Origin: Microcaecilia unicolor
Taxonomy: Eukaryota
Assembly (NCBI RefSeq): GCF_901765095.1
Contig: NC_044034.1
Coordinates: 62,690,339-62,754,338 of the forward strand
Direction of reading: 5' to 3'
DNA length: 64,000 nucleotides
Of this stretch, positions 1 through 12,479 are shown piece after piece (position 1 is the stretch's first letter; the number at the start of each line of letters is the position of its first letter). The notes beneath the pieces are model-generated. The model saw nothing but the letters and a program-made list of their open reading frames with translations. It did not search any database and was not told the origin of the DNA. The translations under genes and the position numbers were made by a program.

Positions 1-2406
1 ATAAACCTAGATTGTGAGCCTTCCTGGGACAGAGAAATATCCAGTGTACCTGAATGTGACTCACCTTGAGCTACTACTGAAAAAGGTGTGAGCGAAATAA
101 AAATAAAATAAAAAATTTCTATTGCAAATGCTGACATATTGCATAACTTTTATAACTTTATTATCTCCTGGCATATCATGCTCATTAGCAACTTTCAAGC
201 AGGATTGCTTTGCTGGATACTTGGGTTCTTTCATTTCTTGGTTATAATAGGATCGGATGCATAGTACACATGCAGTTATTTCAGTGGTTGTTTTCTGTCC
301 ATGAATGCATTGCTGCTGTTGCCCTTCACCAACTAAGAATGTTCTTCCTTACGTTAAAGATTACTCAGTACTGTCTGCCACTGAGTGACTCTCACCTGTG
401 TCACATATAATTATGTTCCAATTTTTCAATCTATGGCAAAGCTAAATTGAAATGCCCATTTCCTCATACATTTTTGAGGTATTGTTCAGTATAGGTGTAA
501 CATGAATCAGCACAGTAGAAAAAATGGCGAGCATCTGCTTACAAGAGTTGTGCAGATAGTTCCTACATAGAGTTATACACTCTCCATCCAAAAATCCTGA
601 AAAAGACAAAAGTGCATGTTATACTAAAATATTTCTTAAGCATCACAACAAACATTGTCAAATATACTTCTGCAGAACACGAGACCAAAGCATTTCCTCT
701 CATTCTACTATCATACAGCCACATTCTGAATTGTTCAACAGGTGTACCAAGTCCACTAAGATCTCACATTAAAGTTTAAATGGAGAATTAAATTCAATTT
801 AAACTCTACTAGGCTGATGCTCAGAACTCCAGCGCTGTAGGGAACAGTGCAGCAAAATAACTTCCCAATGCTCAACACTAATAGCATGCAAATTGTATGT
901 GCATTGGGAAGTTAAGGAGAAGGAACATGCCTGGTGCATGTGAGCTGTGAAGCACAGCTCTTATGTGCATACTCAAACTGGAGAGCAGGGAGCTTATGTA
1001 CAGAAAATAAAAATCTACAACCGCAAAAGATCTATGGAGACATTCTTCAATGGGATTTCATGGACACATTTTTCAACTTGATGCTCAAGGAAGTAGTTTT
1101 TCTGAAGTACTGCCACAATGACCAGTTTATCTTCAAAGGGGATGATTACATTTTTGTTCACCGAATTTCTGGATTTCAGAAAAGGATGATCCTTCTTTGA
1201 GAAATCCCTTTTTCAAATAACTAACATCAGCTCTGAGCTTCCAGCATTAGGGAAGGGTTTTTTTTTTTGTGCCCTGTTTTTCTGAGCATGGGAGGGAATA
1301 GCTGATGAGCTCATTTGCATTTGACTACATTTTAATACTATCTGTGGCCATCTTTCCCTCACATGTCTTCAGCACTGGTGCCCTTCGAACATCCTGCACA
1401 TCCAAATGCCGGCAGTAGGTTTTTGCACTGGCCCCTAGATAAGCTAATTTTTTAAGGAAAGGATTCCAGTTAGACCATAAGTTCTCCACCCAGGCTGTAC
1501 AGAACATGAAGTGAAAACAACTGTGAACAACACAAACTATGCACTGTGTTCTTCTACATATGTTGAAATGGATTAACACACACACTAGTTGTAGAAAGGG
1601 GGGGGGGGGGGGGGGGGGGAAGAGACCTCAGCAACCATTATGAAAAATAAATTTCTCTTTCAATGAAGGGTTCCTTTATCATTCATCAGTCCTCTAAAAA
1701 GCCTCTCCTATATTTATTCTGTGTTGCTTGTGATAATTGTACAAAATACTTAGAAAATGAAATCACATTCTAAAAAAAAACACTGCTTGTGATGTGTCAA
1801 AAAATGTGCCTTATATATCAAACAACAAAGTAGCAAGAGCACTTATCTGAAAAACCAGATGGGGTCACAGTGTCACTCAACAAAGCTAGCTTCCTCAGGG
1901 GTTAATTTCTTCTACACGATCTTCAAAACGAACTGTTAAGGAAGTCAGCATTTTTTGTGTGACATGGTGACCCCGTTGGGTTAAATGCTTTCTCTGCTTT
2001 AAGTTGTTTGATTTAAGGCACGTTTTTCGACACAGCCAGCACAAGGAGAAGCTGTTTTTAACAATGATTTATTTTCAAAGTATCATATACAAACAATGGT
2101 TAAAATATGATTTTAAGTTCCATGAAGCAGGGACTCTCTCCTTTATGTGTGCATACAGGGCTGCATCATATACCCTGCAGTGCTATATAACTGGGTGGTT
2201 GTAGTAATTGTATTCTCCTCGTTCTGACATCCAGTTTTTAGTCCTATCCCTATAGTTGTCAAGCATGGTCCTCAAAATACCACTTGGAATTTTGTGATAG
2301 ACTGCTAGAAAGAACATTATGGTTTCAATAATGGATTATATTCTACAGCCTCTAATAGCATATTTCCATATTTTCATAATTCAGAATATCATTTAAAAGA
2401 CTAAGG

Positions 2407-2820
2407 GGTCCTTTTACTAAGGTGCACTGAAAAATGGCTTGTGGTAGTGTAGGCACAGGTTTTGGGTGTGCGCAGAATCATTTTTCAGCGCACCTGTAAA
2501 AAAAAATGCCTTTTTTAAAGTTTTTCCCAAAAATGGACGTGTGCTAAAATCAAAAAATTGCCATGCGTCCATTTTGGGCCTGCGACCTTACCACCAGCCA
2601 TTGACCTAGCGGTAACATCTCATGCGGTAACCGGGCGGTAATGACCTACGCGCGCCAAATGCCACGTGTCCGTTATGCACGGCCGAAAAATAATTTTCAT
2701 TTTTGGCTGTTCATATCAGACGTGCACCAAAAATGAAATTAGTACAAGAGCCATTCGGTAGCTGGCCGGTAACTCCATTTTGGCACATGCGCAGAGCCTT
2801 ACACAGCTTAATTAAAAGCC
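2407..2820. mobile_element. PIF/Harbinger-like non-autonomous element (MITE) with a TAA target-site duplication
   Basis: The termini are ggggtccttttactaagg... and ...aaaagcccc, flanked by cTAA|...|TAAt. Copies of the same family at 25231-25368 and 21270-21690 share the terminal motif aggggtccttttactaa / ttagtaaaaggacccct. Confidence 0.55.
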
Positions 2821-3179
2821 CCTAATAGACCCTACAAAAACAATGCAGTTGTATTTCTATCAGCTGTCTGGTACCAGGAAATAGAGGAGCTTTTTTCAAG
2901 TATATCAGAAGCAGGAAGCCTGCTAGGGAATCTGTGGGAAGGAGCAAAAGGAGCACTCGGAGCATAAGCCATATTGGGGAGATTGAATGAATTCTTTGCT
3001 TCGGTCCTTATGGAAGATGATGTAAGAGATCTACCCATACCACAAATAGTTTTCAGTAGCGATGATGCAGAGGAACTGAAAGAAATTTAGGTTCATTATA
3101 TACAATACGCTGAAATCTGCCCAGTGTGCGGCAGCCAAAAAAGCAAACAGGATGCTAGGAATTATTATAGGAGAGGGAT

Positions 3180-3640
3180 GTAAAATAAGACCAAAAATAT
3201 TATGATGCCTCTGTATCACTCTATGGTGCGAACTCACCTTGAGTGTTATGTTCAATTCTGGTCGCTGTACCTCAAAAAAATATATAGCAGAATTAGAAAA
3301 GGTTCAAAGAACAGCAACCAAAATGACAAAGGGGATGAAACTGCTACCATATGAGGAAAGGCTATAGAGGTTAAGGCTCTTCAGCTTGGAAAAGAGATGG
3401 CAGAGGGGGGGATATGATTAATGTCTACAAAATCCTAAGTGGTGTGAAATGGGATGAGGCGAATCGATTTTTCACTCATTCATGTCTAATTTGATTTCAA
3501 ATAAAATATATCCAGCATAAAACAAATTGGAGGAAATATTTTTTCACTCGAATAGTTAAGCTCTGGAACCTGTTGTCGGAGGATGTGGTAATGGCAGTTA
3601 GCGTATCTGGGTTTAAAAAAAAAAAAAAAGGTTTGGACAA
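3180..3640 (+). mobile_element. Degenerate CR1-like LINE 3' fragment
   Basis: Decayed version of the same motif (mplyhsmvrthlecyvqfwslylkk... kmtkgmkllpyeerl.rlrlfslekrwqrgd), readable in frame-shifted pieces. Confidence 0.6.
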
Positions 3641-4066
3641 GATCCTGGAGGAAACATCCATAGTCTGTTACTGGAAACTGGACATGGGGGAAGCCACTGC
3701 TTGCCCTGGAATTGGCAGCATGGAATGGTGCTAATTGGGTTTCTGCCAGGTACTTGTCACTTAATGCCAAAGTCACCCACCTGAGGTTAACCCTGCGGCC
3801 ACCTACAGGGTCTGTCCCAGCACTGCCTATGCCCGCTAGCATATACTCCTACACTGGCATACCCTCCCTCCACCCACCGCACTGGGTTCCGCTTGCATTT
3901 GGGCCCCACTTGCAAGTTATTTCCCTGGTGGTTTCTAAGGACAGAGGAGCCACAATCCCAGGGGTCTCAGTTCCTAGAAAACACTCCAGACCGAGAACAC
4001 AAACCATCAGGATTCTTAGTCCAGAACACCAGAGCTAATAAACTAATAGGTTTATTACCAGAAAAA

Positions 4067-4620
4067 AGTACATAAGTACATAAGTAGTGCCATACTGGGA
4101 AAGACCAAAGGTCCATCTAGCCCAGCATCCTGTCACCGACAGTGGCCAATCCAGGTCAAGGGCACCTGGCACGCTCCCCAAACGTAAAAACATTCCAGAC
4201 AAGTTATACCTAAAAATGCGGAATTTTTCCAAGTCCATTTAATAGCGGTCTATGGACTTGTCCTTTAGGAATCTATCTAACCCTTTTTTAAACTCCGTCA
4301 AGCTAACCGCCCATACCACATTCTCCGGCAACGAATTCCAGAGTCTAATTACACGTTGGGTGAAGAAAAATTTTCTCCGATTCGTTTTAAATTTACCACA
4401 CTGTAGCTTCAACTCATGCCCTCTAGTCCTAGTATTTTTGGATAGCGTGAACAGTCGCTTCACATCCACCCGATCCATTCCACTCATTATTTTATACACT
4501 TCTATCATATCTCCCCTCAGCCGTCTCTTCTCCAAGCTGAAAAGCCCTAGCCTTCTCAGCCTCTCTTCATAGGAAAGTCGTCCCATCCCCACTATCATTT
4601 TCGTCGCCCTTCGCTGTACC
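4067..4620 (-). mobile_element. 5'-truncated CR1-like LINE 3' fragment (RT C-terminus plus 3' UTR ending in an (ACATAAGT)n octamer microsatellite)
   Basis: The ORF at 4239-4598(-) has the CR1 C-terminal signature ...YEERLRRLGLFSLEKRRLRGDMIEVYKIM..N.RTRGH..KL....F.T..RKFFFTQRV..LWNSLPE. The 3' UTR shares the conserved block gacctggattggccactg...gctgggctagatgg. The octamer repeat gtacataagtacataagtac lies at 4067-4086. Confidence 0.8.
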
Positions 4621-6839
4621 TTTTCCAGGAATCAACATTAAAACTAACTAAATACTGTCTTACTACCTAAGTAGTACCTGGGGAGTTCAGGAAAAATAGC
4701 TGCTTATAGGTTTTGAATAGGGTCTCAGTGCAGAGGTCTTCACTCTCCCACTCCGAGTGGAGATTTCCAGCATCATCTGGCTGGATCTTGCACTAATCAG
4801 GGCTAATCAGGGCCCAGAGCATTAGAACTGAGGGGTTTCTGGCCAATGGCACTGCAGGGGTTTCCTCTTTCCCTCAGGGAAGATAAGCTAAGAAGTAAAC
4901 AGATCTCTGCTACTGCTATAATGCAAAGGTCAGACTCTACCTGCTGCCCAAACAAGGGAAATACACTGAAAATGTGATTTGTAACTATATTTATGACAAG
5001 CATAAACACACCCTGTTCCGCCACAATTGTGACCTGGATTGGCCACTGCTGGAAGCAGGATACTGGGCTAGATGGACACTGGTCTGAGCCAGTATGGCTA
5101 TTCTTATGATATGCTGGCTTCATATTCAGTGTGTGTGTCTGTTAAAAAACCATAATGAATATGTATGAGAGGTATGCATGAAAATGAATATGTTAATGTG
5201 TCTAGCCCCACCCTTTGCCCTCCCCCCAATGAAATAGTCAAACTACACCCATGGAGAAGAGTGAAGATATGTACAAATTCCTCCAGTCAGATCCCTCATA
5301 CCATAATTACTGCCATACTGGGACAGACCAAAGGTCCATCAAGCCCAGCATCCTGTTTCCAGCAGTGGCCAATCCAGGTCACAAGTGTGGCGAAACAGGG
5401 GATTTTTATGCTTGTCATAAATATTGTGATACAAATCATATTTTCAGTATATTTCCCTTGTGGCCAATCCAGGTCACAAATATCTGGCAAGATCCCCAAA
5501 AAAGTACAAAACATTTTATGCTGCTTATCCCAATAATAGTGGGTTTTCCCCAAGTCCAATTTAATAATGGTCTATGGACGTTTCCGACAGTGACCATAAA
5601 GGGCAAAAAAACTGTGAAACCCAGGGTGAGAGTCTAGAAATGGTATGAGGAATCTGGAGGCGCTAATAAGTGACTGAGAGTGACCATAAAGGGACAAAAG
5701 ACAAATCCAAGGTGAGAGACTGTGGAAACGGGTTTGGAGAGAAAGTGCAATAGGAAGCTTGGTAAAATTAAGAGAAATAGGTTGAATGACGGGAGGAGCT
5801 GGTGAAGGAATGGGAGTCAAAGGATGATAGTCTGGGGAGACAATGAGTACAGAGGGTGGCTAAAGGGGACGAGAGAATGGGTGATGGGAAAAAGGAAGTT
5901 AAGAGGAGGAGTTAGGTGGCGAGATCTCCATTATCAATGCAGTTCTGTTTTTCTCACATCCAGCTTGTTACTGGTGGGAATGAAAATGTTCCAAGTAGTC
6001 ATAAGTTCTTCGTGCTCAACTATACTTTTCTGGTTGTAATATCAGCATTTTTCCAGTACAGCAATCTGCCTTTCTGTACAGAAAGTTTCTGCCATCAGCA
6101 CTTGCAGCTAGATATGAAGCTCATTGTTACAGAGTCTATAGTTGCTATGTCAGTAATAGTGGTTTCAGTGGACACCTGAGACTGGATAGAGATGTTTTCC
6201 TTTATGTATAGAAGGTGCCCTTGAGGACTTTCTAGCATGCATTTTTATAGCTACTTTACAGGTGAGGCAAGGCTGGGGTAGAGAGAGAGAGAGAGAAATA
6301 GATAGGGATAGAGATTGCAAAGCGATGCTGGGTGTGATGTGTGGAAATGGCACTCCATACAACCCTCCCCAATTAAAGAAAGCTAAAACAAAACAAAGGT
6401 AACAGAGGGATAAGGGGGATATAATTCTGAATATCTGTCATAGGTGCAGAAAAAGCAAGTCCCTGCTCTAGCTTCTTTACTCGGATACGTTTCCTTTATA
6501 TTAGTTACATGGCATCAAACTAAATTTATGTGATTTTTTAAAAATAATGACAACAAACAGATAATAAAACCAACTATGATTCAGTGGTATAAAGTAGCTA
6601 CACATGCACAACCCTAAACAACCCCCCCCCAACTTTATTTATCCCCACACCCAAAATAGAATAAATTTAGCACCGTCAAGTAAAACAAGCTGTTATATAA
6701 CAAATCGAATGACACGAAGATAAGCAAAAACACGAAGATCATCCCACTCCTCTCCCCCATTCCCTCAGAATCAAAAAATGCTGGTAAAGGTTGAACTACC
6801 AATCTGCAAATGAAATCAGCAGAATGCAGAACGGCCCTT

Positions 6840-7040
6840 GTTCTGGAAATGGGACTTGATATACCGCCTGAGTTTTTTGCAACTACATTCAAAGCGGTTT
6901 ACATATATTCAGGTACTTATTTTGTACCAGGGGCAATAAGTGACTTGCCCAGAGTCACAAGGAGCTGCAGAGGAAAGCAACTCAGTTCCCCAGGATCAAG
7001 GTCCACTGCACTAAGTGGCTACTCCTCCACTCCACTTATA
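6840..7040 (-). mobile_element. tRNA-SINE copy of a related subfamily
   Basis: Contains ggggcaataagtgacttgcccagagtcacaaggagctgcag...ggatcaaggtccactgcactaagtggctactcc, the reverse complement of the SINE head and body. A near-identical copy lies at 9215-9400 and a short fragment at 28845-28925. Confidence 0.75.
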
Positions 7041-7254
7041 GCCCCTCTCCAAAACAGAAGTTCATCCTATGGTACCCAGTAACCCCCGCTCCCGAGGAAA
7101 GAAAAGCACGATGCCGTTAAAGTGAGTTCAGAATAAAACTAGGATCGGTTTCTGACTTCCGCAAACTCTTTAACAAGACATACCACAAAGATCAACAAAT
7201 GTGAACTCCTCCATATATATCCAGAATTGTCTTACAACATTTGCTTGTTATACT

Positions 7255-7415
7255 ACTATTATGCTTTATCATTATCATGTTTCCCAAGATCCTTCTGTAA
7301 CACTAAATGTCTATTTTCTTTTACATTTCCACCATTCATGATGTATTGTAAGCCACATTGAATCTGCAAAGAGGTGGGAAAATGTGGGATACAAATGCAA
7401 TAAATAAATATATGA
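7255..7415 (+). mobile_element. LINE/SINE 3'-tail fragment (+ orientation) ending in an (AAAT)n-type repeat
   Basis: ttgtaagccacattgaatctgcaaagaggtgggaaaatgtgggatacaaatgcaataaataaata matches the 3' UTR terminus of the intact LINE at 39655-39715. Confidence 0.65.
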
Positions 7416-7479
7416 GTCCCAGACAGATAAAAGCTCATATAAATACGATATTTTTGCATAATTCCCCACAGTGGTCTAG

Positions 7480-7771
7480 AGAGAAAGTTAACTCACCGCA
7501 ACATCCAACCAGAAAATAAACGCAAAAGGCGGTTCTATTAAACCTCCTTTGCTGGGATCGCTCAGTTCCCGCCCTCTTCGCCTGGCTGACGGACTCCTCC
7601 TGACTTCCGTGCTTCGTCCAATGAGATGACACTTCACCGGTGCTCCCTTAGGGCGTAAGCGAAGTGACCCTTGCCCCGACGAGCTGGCGCAGCTGCTGAT
7701 TGGTGCAGGCGTCGCTGGCGACGGACGTTGCGGTGGTTCTAGTTGTATTGTGTTGTCTTAGTCCGAGCATC
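7480..7771 (+). promoter_or_regulatory. MPHOSPH8: CpG-island, TATA-less promoter and 5' UTR of MPHOSPH8. CCAAT box at 7618-7622. Inverted CCAAT (ATTGG) at 7699-7703.
   Basis: Sharp rise in GC/CpG content (gcgtaagcgaagtgacccttgccccgacgagctggcgcagctg...) immediately upstream of the first coding ATG. Two NF-Y-type CCAAT motifs in the spacing typical of housekeeping promoters. The CpG-rich sequence continues into intron 1 (to about 8250). Confidence 0.55.
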
Positions 7772-7942
7772 ATGGCGGCGCTTCCTGCAGATGAAACCGC
7801 GGGAAGCAGTGGAGCCGAGGATGCGCCTCAGGTCCCGGTAGAGGCAGGGTTGAAAGCAGAGCCGGCAGACAGCGAGCAGGATGTGGACGATGAAGAAGAT
7901 GTCTATGAGGTGGAGAAGATTATCGACTTCAAAACGGAAGGG
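7772..7942 (+). CDS. MPHOSPH8: MPHOSPH8 coding exon 1 (start codon; acidic N-terminus and start of chromodomain: ...EEDVYEVEKIIDFKTEG)
   Basis: ATG at 7772 in good Kozak context (gcatcATGG). The translation ends in the chromodomain start motif EDV(F/Y)EVEKI(L/I)D.KTEG seen in human MPP8. Donor GAAGGG|gtaagt at 7943. Phase 0. Confidence 0.85.
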
Positions 7943-9214
7943 GTAAGTGCACTGCAGACTGTATGGAAGGGCCCTGGCTTATACACTGCCGAGCTTAAGT
8001 CGTTGCAGTAGAAGAATTTGACAGCTCCTTTTGCACGCTTTGGTTAAGGAGGATGATGATGGCTGCCCCGGATCTCGCCGTGATGGAGTTGTTCAGGAGT
8101 CAGGAGAACATGCTGGGCTGCTTGTTAATGCCCGGAAGAGGGCGGGCACCAGGTGCTTGTTTCGTCTTCACCACTCCTCTCCGTATATACGTGAGGCTGC
8201 GGGAAGTAGTGCCGAGACTTGAGACTGTAAGGCGCTGATCTTCCTGTGCATTGTTTTCCATGCTTTACGTCCTGGGGAATTTCTTCCACCCAAATTTAAA
8301 AATGATCAAAATTGTGATTATGCTGCAAGTGGCTACTTAAGTTTGCTTAAGTTGTGTTTGCTGTAAGTTTTTTTTATATAATATTTTAAATATACACCAC
8401 TGAATTGAGTTGATTTATATCTAAACTAGCAATAAATATAAACTATTCCTGGGGAAATCTCGACCAATAGTTTATCCCAACACAGCATCAGCTATTTGAG
8501 AGCTTGGGGACTGGGTTAAAGATTGGTTCGCTTGGCTCCTCCTATTAAAAAAAGGTGTTCTGTCTCCCCTCCTTATAGAATTTGCACATACGTCTGCACT
8601 TACCCTGCAGAACTCTATACCTGGAGCAGGAAACAGAAAAGTAATCAACCCCCCACCCCGCTTAGGTTGTGTTTTCACTACCAAAGTGCACCAAGAAATG
8701 GGCCTTTCCTGCACATTAAGCCCATTTCTAGCATGGCTGACTAATGTTAGCATTAGGGCACAGCCATTTAGAAAAATTACCATGGAACCACTTACCACCT
8801 CCTGTTTAGGTGGTGTTAAGGACTCCCATATTATGGACATGCTAATCAGTTAGTGCTTCAGTAAAGTGCACGTACTAGCTGATTAGTACATCCACATCCG
8901 TTCTCTGCCCTTGACACAATCTCTCCAAAAATACAAAAAAAAAATAATTACCACATGTGCAGATGACAAAACTAACAATGCTTTAGCATGTCCTGCATTA
9001 GGCCATTTCTGCTGTATTGGGTGTGTGTTAGCACCTAACACAGCTTAGTAAAAGGACACCTATGTGATGGGGGAGGGGGAGACTGTAAGTTGGAGGGTTT
9101 GTGCCATAGAGGGGGAAAGAGTAAGTGGAGCAGGGGAACTGCAGAAAGGGGGAAGGTAGATTCTTAGGAACAGAAAGAACTACAGAAAGCAGAGAGTGTG
9201 CTGAATGAAAGGGA

Positions 9215-9400
9215 AATGGGACTTGATATAATGCCTTTCTGAGGTTTTTGCATCTACATTCAAAGCGGTTTACATATATTCAGGTACTTATTTTGTACCA
9301 GGGGCAATGGAGGGTTAAGTGACTTGCCCAGAGTCACAAGGAGCTGCAGTGGGAATTGAACTCAGTTCCCCAGGATCAAAGTCCACTGCACTGACCTTGG
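9215..9400 (-). mobile_element. tRNA-SINE copy
   Basis: Near-identical to 6845-7015 over about 170 bp (ggaaatgggacttgatata..gcctt...caaagcggtttacatatattcaggtacttattttgtaccaggggcaat...). Confidence 0.75.
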
Positions 9401-12400
9401 GAAATGGGAAGAGAGAGAAAGATGGCACTTGTCTGTACTGGAGAAATAAACAGAGAAAACTGGGGGGGGGGGGCAGATCAAGTTAAGCTGGAGCAAGAGG
9501 GGGGAGAGTACAGTGATGTTGCTGAGAAGGAAAGAAACTGGTCAGATCTTATTTATGATGGGGAAATTCTTCACAACAAATTCACAAATAAGAATGTGCA
9601 CTTTTTTGTTTTTTTAGATTTCCCCCATGAGTAAATAAAACAGTACTTGAGCATTCTTAAGAGTGTACTCAGAAACTTGAACAGATTACAATAGCGATAA
9701 TGTACTGACATTTTAATGAACAAAAAATATTTCTGGAACCAAGTACCTCAGACACTTAAGCCAATTATTTCTGAGGGAATTTTGCACAATTACACTATAC
9801 TGATTTTTTTTATTTTACAGAAGTCAGGAATAGGAATGTTGCAGTTCATGATCAGCAGGAAGCTGTACAGTTCACTAGTGATACATGTTTCACCCCCAAT
9901 TCGTTTGCAGTAATCAGAGCAAGAGGAGGAGATATGACTGCGTTTTGATACACATCCTGGGCTACCCTGGCCCTGACTGCTGACGAGCTGCATAGGACGT
10001 TGTACAGTGCACAATTCAAATTACCAGTAAGGCCCAGGCATCAAAGGAGGAGGATGCAGTCTGATGTGCAACTGCTCTTTTCCTTTTTGCTGAATTTAGT
10101 ACAAGAAGGAAGGGGAGGGGAAGCTACCGCAACAGAGATGGAGAAAGAGGGTCAACTAGCAAAAGAAAGAGAGCGGGATGGGGTTGTCTAGGAAGGAGCT
10201 CTACGGTTCAAATACTATAGTCCATGAGTGGTAGAGAATGAAGACATAGCTTGACATGCAGCTCTTTTCCTCTTCACTGACTTTTACAGTGTAGGCTCTG
10301 GGGGTAAGGCAATATTAGAAGCAGTTTGTTCTGTGGAAGGGGGTCCCGCGGGAGGGTAGGAAAAGAGGGGTTAAGCTCGGGAAGTAGGGAGAGAATCATA
10401 AGAAACACCACTGCCTTGTGGTCTCTGCAGAATTCTGCACAGAAGGGGAATGGTGTGCATAATGGTGCAGATCTCCCCCAGAAGTGAATAGAGTAGGTCC
10501 TTCCTTAGGATCTCCAGCTCAAAAATCTAGATGCTAGATTTGGAACAACTGGAATTTGTATTCATTTATGCACATTTATAAATTGCACATTTGTACTGTA
10601 CAATTCTTAAATAAGCAAGTGAACCTCTCTTTTTCATTTCCTAATTTAAATTTGGAGGAAAAAGACTTCAGACGCTCAACATTCTCTGTTGAAATCAAAT
10701 TAACAGTGAATGGTTGAATGCTTTGTATCCACTATTACAGAAATTTCTTCCCGATGTGGATACATTCATAATGTACGCAAGATGATGCATAGCAAGTTAT
10801 TTAGCACAGTAGCAGGAAAGGAGCAGATGAGAGGCAGCTTCTCTCCCCTTCACCCACCCACCTACTGCCTACCATCTGGCAATGGAGAGAGGCTTTAGGC
10901 TGTGGTTGCTGGGGCAATGGGAGAGAAGCCAAAGCTGCAGTTGCCAAGAGTGGGTGGAACAGTGCACCCATCCACCCACCTCCAAAAGCTTCAGCTTTAG
11001 CCTCTCTCCATTGCCCACATGCCCCCAGCAGGTGCAGTTTTAACCCCTCCCCACTGCTAGTCTCATCTACTCCCAGCAAACACAGCCACTCTTCATCACA
11101 TGGTTGTGGAAGGAGGTAGATATGGGGGAAGCCACTGCTTTCCCTAAGATCAGTAGTATGGAATCTTGCTACTATTTGGGATTCTACCAGGTAATTGTGA
11201 CCTGGATTGGCCACTGCTGGATTGGCCAATACTGGGATACTGGCCCAGATGGACCATTGGTCTGACCCAATATGGCTCTTCATATGTTCTTACCTACCCA
11301 GCCAACCCAGCAGCAGCAGCTTTGGCTCACGTCCTCATCCACAGCAGTAGCCTCTGAATCTCTCCTCTATCCCCCAAAACAGTAGCTTCTCTCAACTCTT
11401 ATCCACCCCCCCCCCCAAAAAAAAAAAAAAAAACCAAAAAAAAAAACTAGATTCTTAAAAAATTTTAATTGATCCTACCAGCAGCACTGCTGGTGAATTG
11501 CATTTTCAGCAACAATGCTCCTTAAGGGCTACTTCTGTGGTTGCTAATGCTTCAACTATCCTCCTGATCAAGGTGGCTCCATGTAGGCTGCCTCTCCAAG
11601 GGGGTACCCCCAAATTTCTCTCTTCACCTCCCCCCCCATGCTTAAAAAACAATGTACATTCTAGAAAGAAGACAAAGCAAACAGGACTTCTACAATCTAC
11701 ACACTAGCAGAATACTGCATCTTGCCTGTGCATGCAAAACACAGATCCTCAACAAATATGAAACCAGAAACCACAGACCAGTAATAGCGATATGAAGGCA
11801 AAAAACTGAACTGGAAACCTCAAGGCGTTAGACTGCATCTATAGCAATACTAAACAGAAATGGAAATGCAAGGTATCAGAGATCCACATTTTCCAAAGCA
11901 GCTCAAAAAAAAAACAACAAAAAAGGGAAAACTTGCACAGAGAGTAATGGAGCACACTCAAGAGTGGAAGTTACCAAAACACTAGTTTCAAATAGACCAG
12001 TGAAAACTGATTAAAAGGTGTATTCTTCAAATACAGCAAATAGAGAAATCCATACTGTTATGAAGAAACAATTCCCCCCCCCCCCCCCCTGTTTACTAAA
12101 CCTCGCTAGCGGCTGCTGCACTGCAATGCTGACACAACCCATTCAGAGTGAATGAGCTGTGTCGTCATTAGTGCACAGGAGCTGCTAGCGCGACTTAGTA
12201 AGTGGGAGAGTATGAGGAGATGCTGTCAACTTGCAAGAAACAAGTGACTTTATTCCAACCAGCATAACATAACTTAACTTAAGAACAAGTTCCAATCTGA
12301 CACGGCCATGTTTCGGCAACAATGATGCCTGCATCAGGCGTCAACAATGTTTCTGAAATAATATATTTACATATCAAGTCTAAGCGTTAGTAAAATGGAA

Positions 12401-12479
12401 AGCAGCAACCAATCACATAGAAATCAAATAAAAAATAAATAAAAATATAAAAGCATAACTAGTTCATCATTAAAACCAT

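Noticed and set aside
5165-5820. Cluster of 80-130-aa ORFs on both strands at 5.1-5.8 kb
   Set aside because: They overlap CR1 3'-UTR-derived repeats (the gacctggattggccactg...ccagtatgg motif in both orientations) and a purine-rich (GA-rich) low-complexity stretch. There is no coding signature.
7700-8011. 103-aa ORF starting at 7700 as the MPHOSPH8 start
   Set aside because: Its first codon is a non-ATG (ttg) alternative start. The first in-frame ATG with a Kozak context is 7772. The ORF also runs through the exon-1 donor at 7943 into intron sequence (...VSALQTVWKGPGLYTAELKSLQ is intronic read-through).
8031-8238. Two overlapping 60-aa ORFs just downstream of exon 1
   Set aside because: They are GC-rich intron-1 sequence of the CpG island. 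The ORFs are open because of low stop-codon frequency in GC-rich DNA. There are no splice sites or homology.
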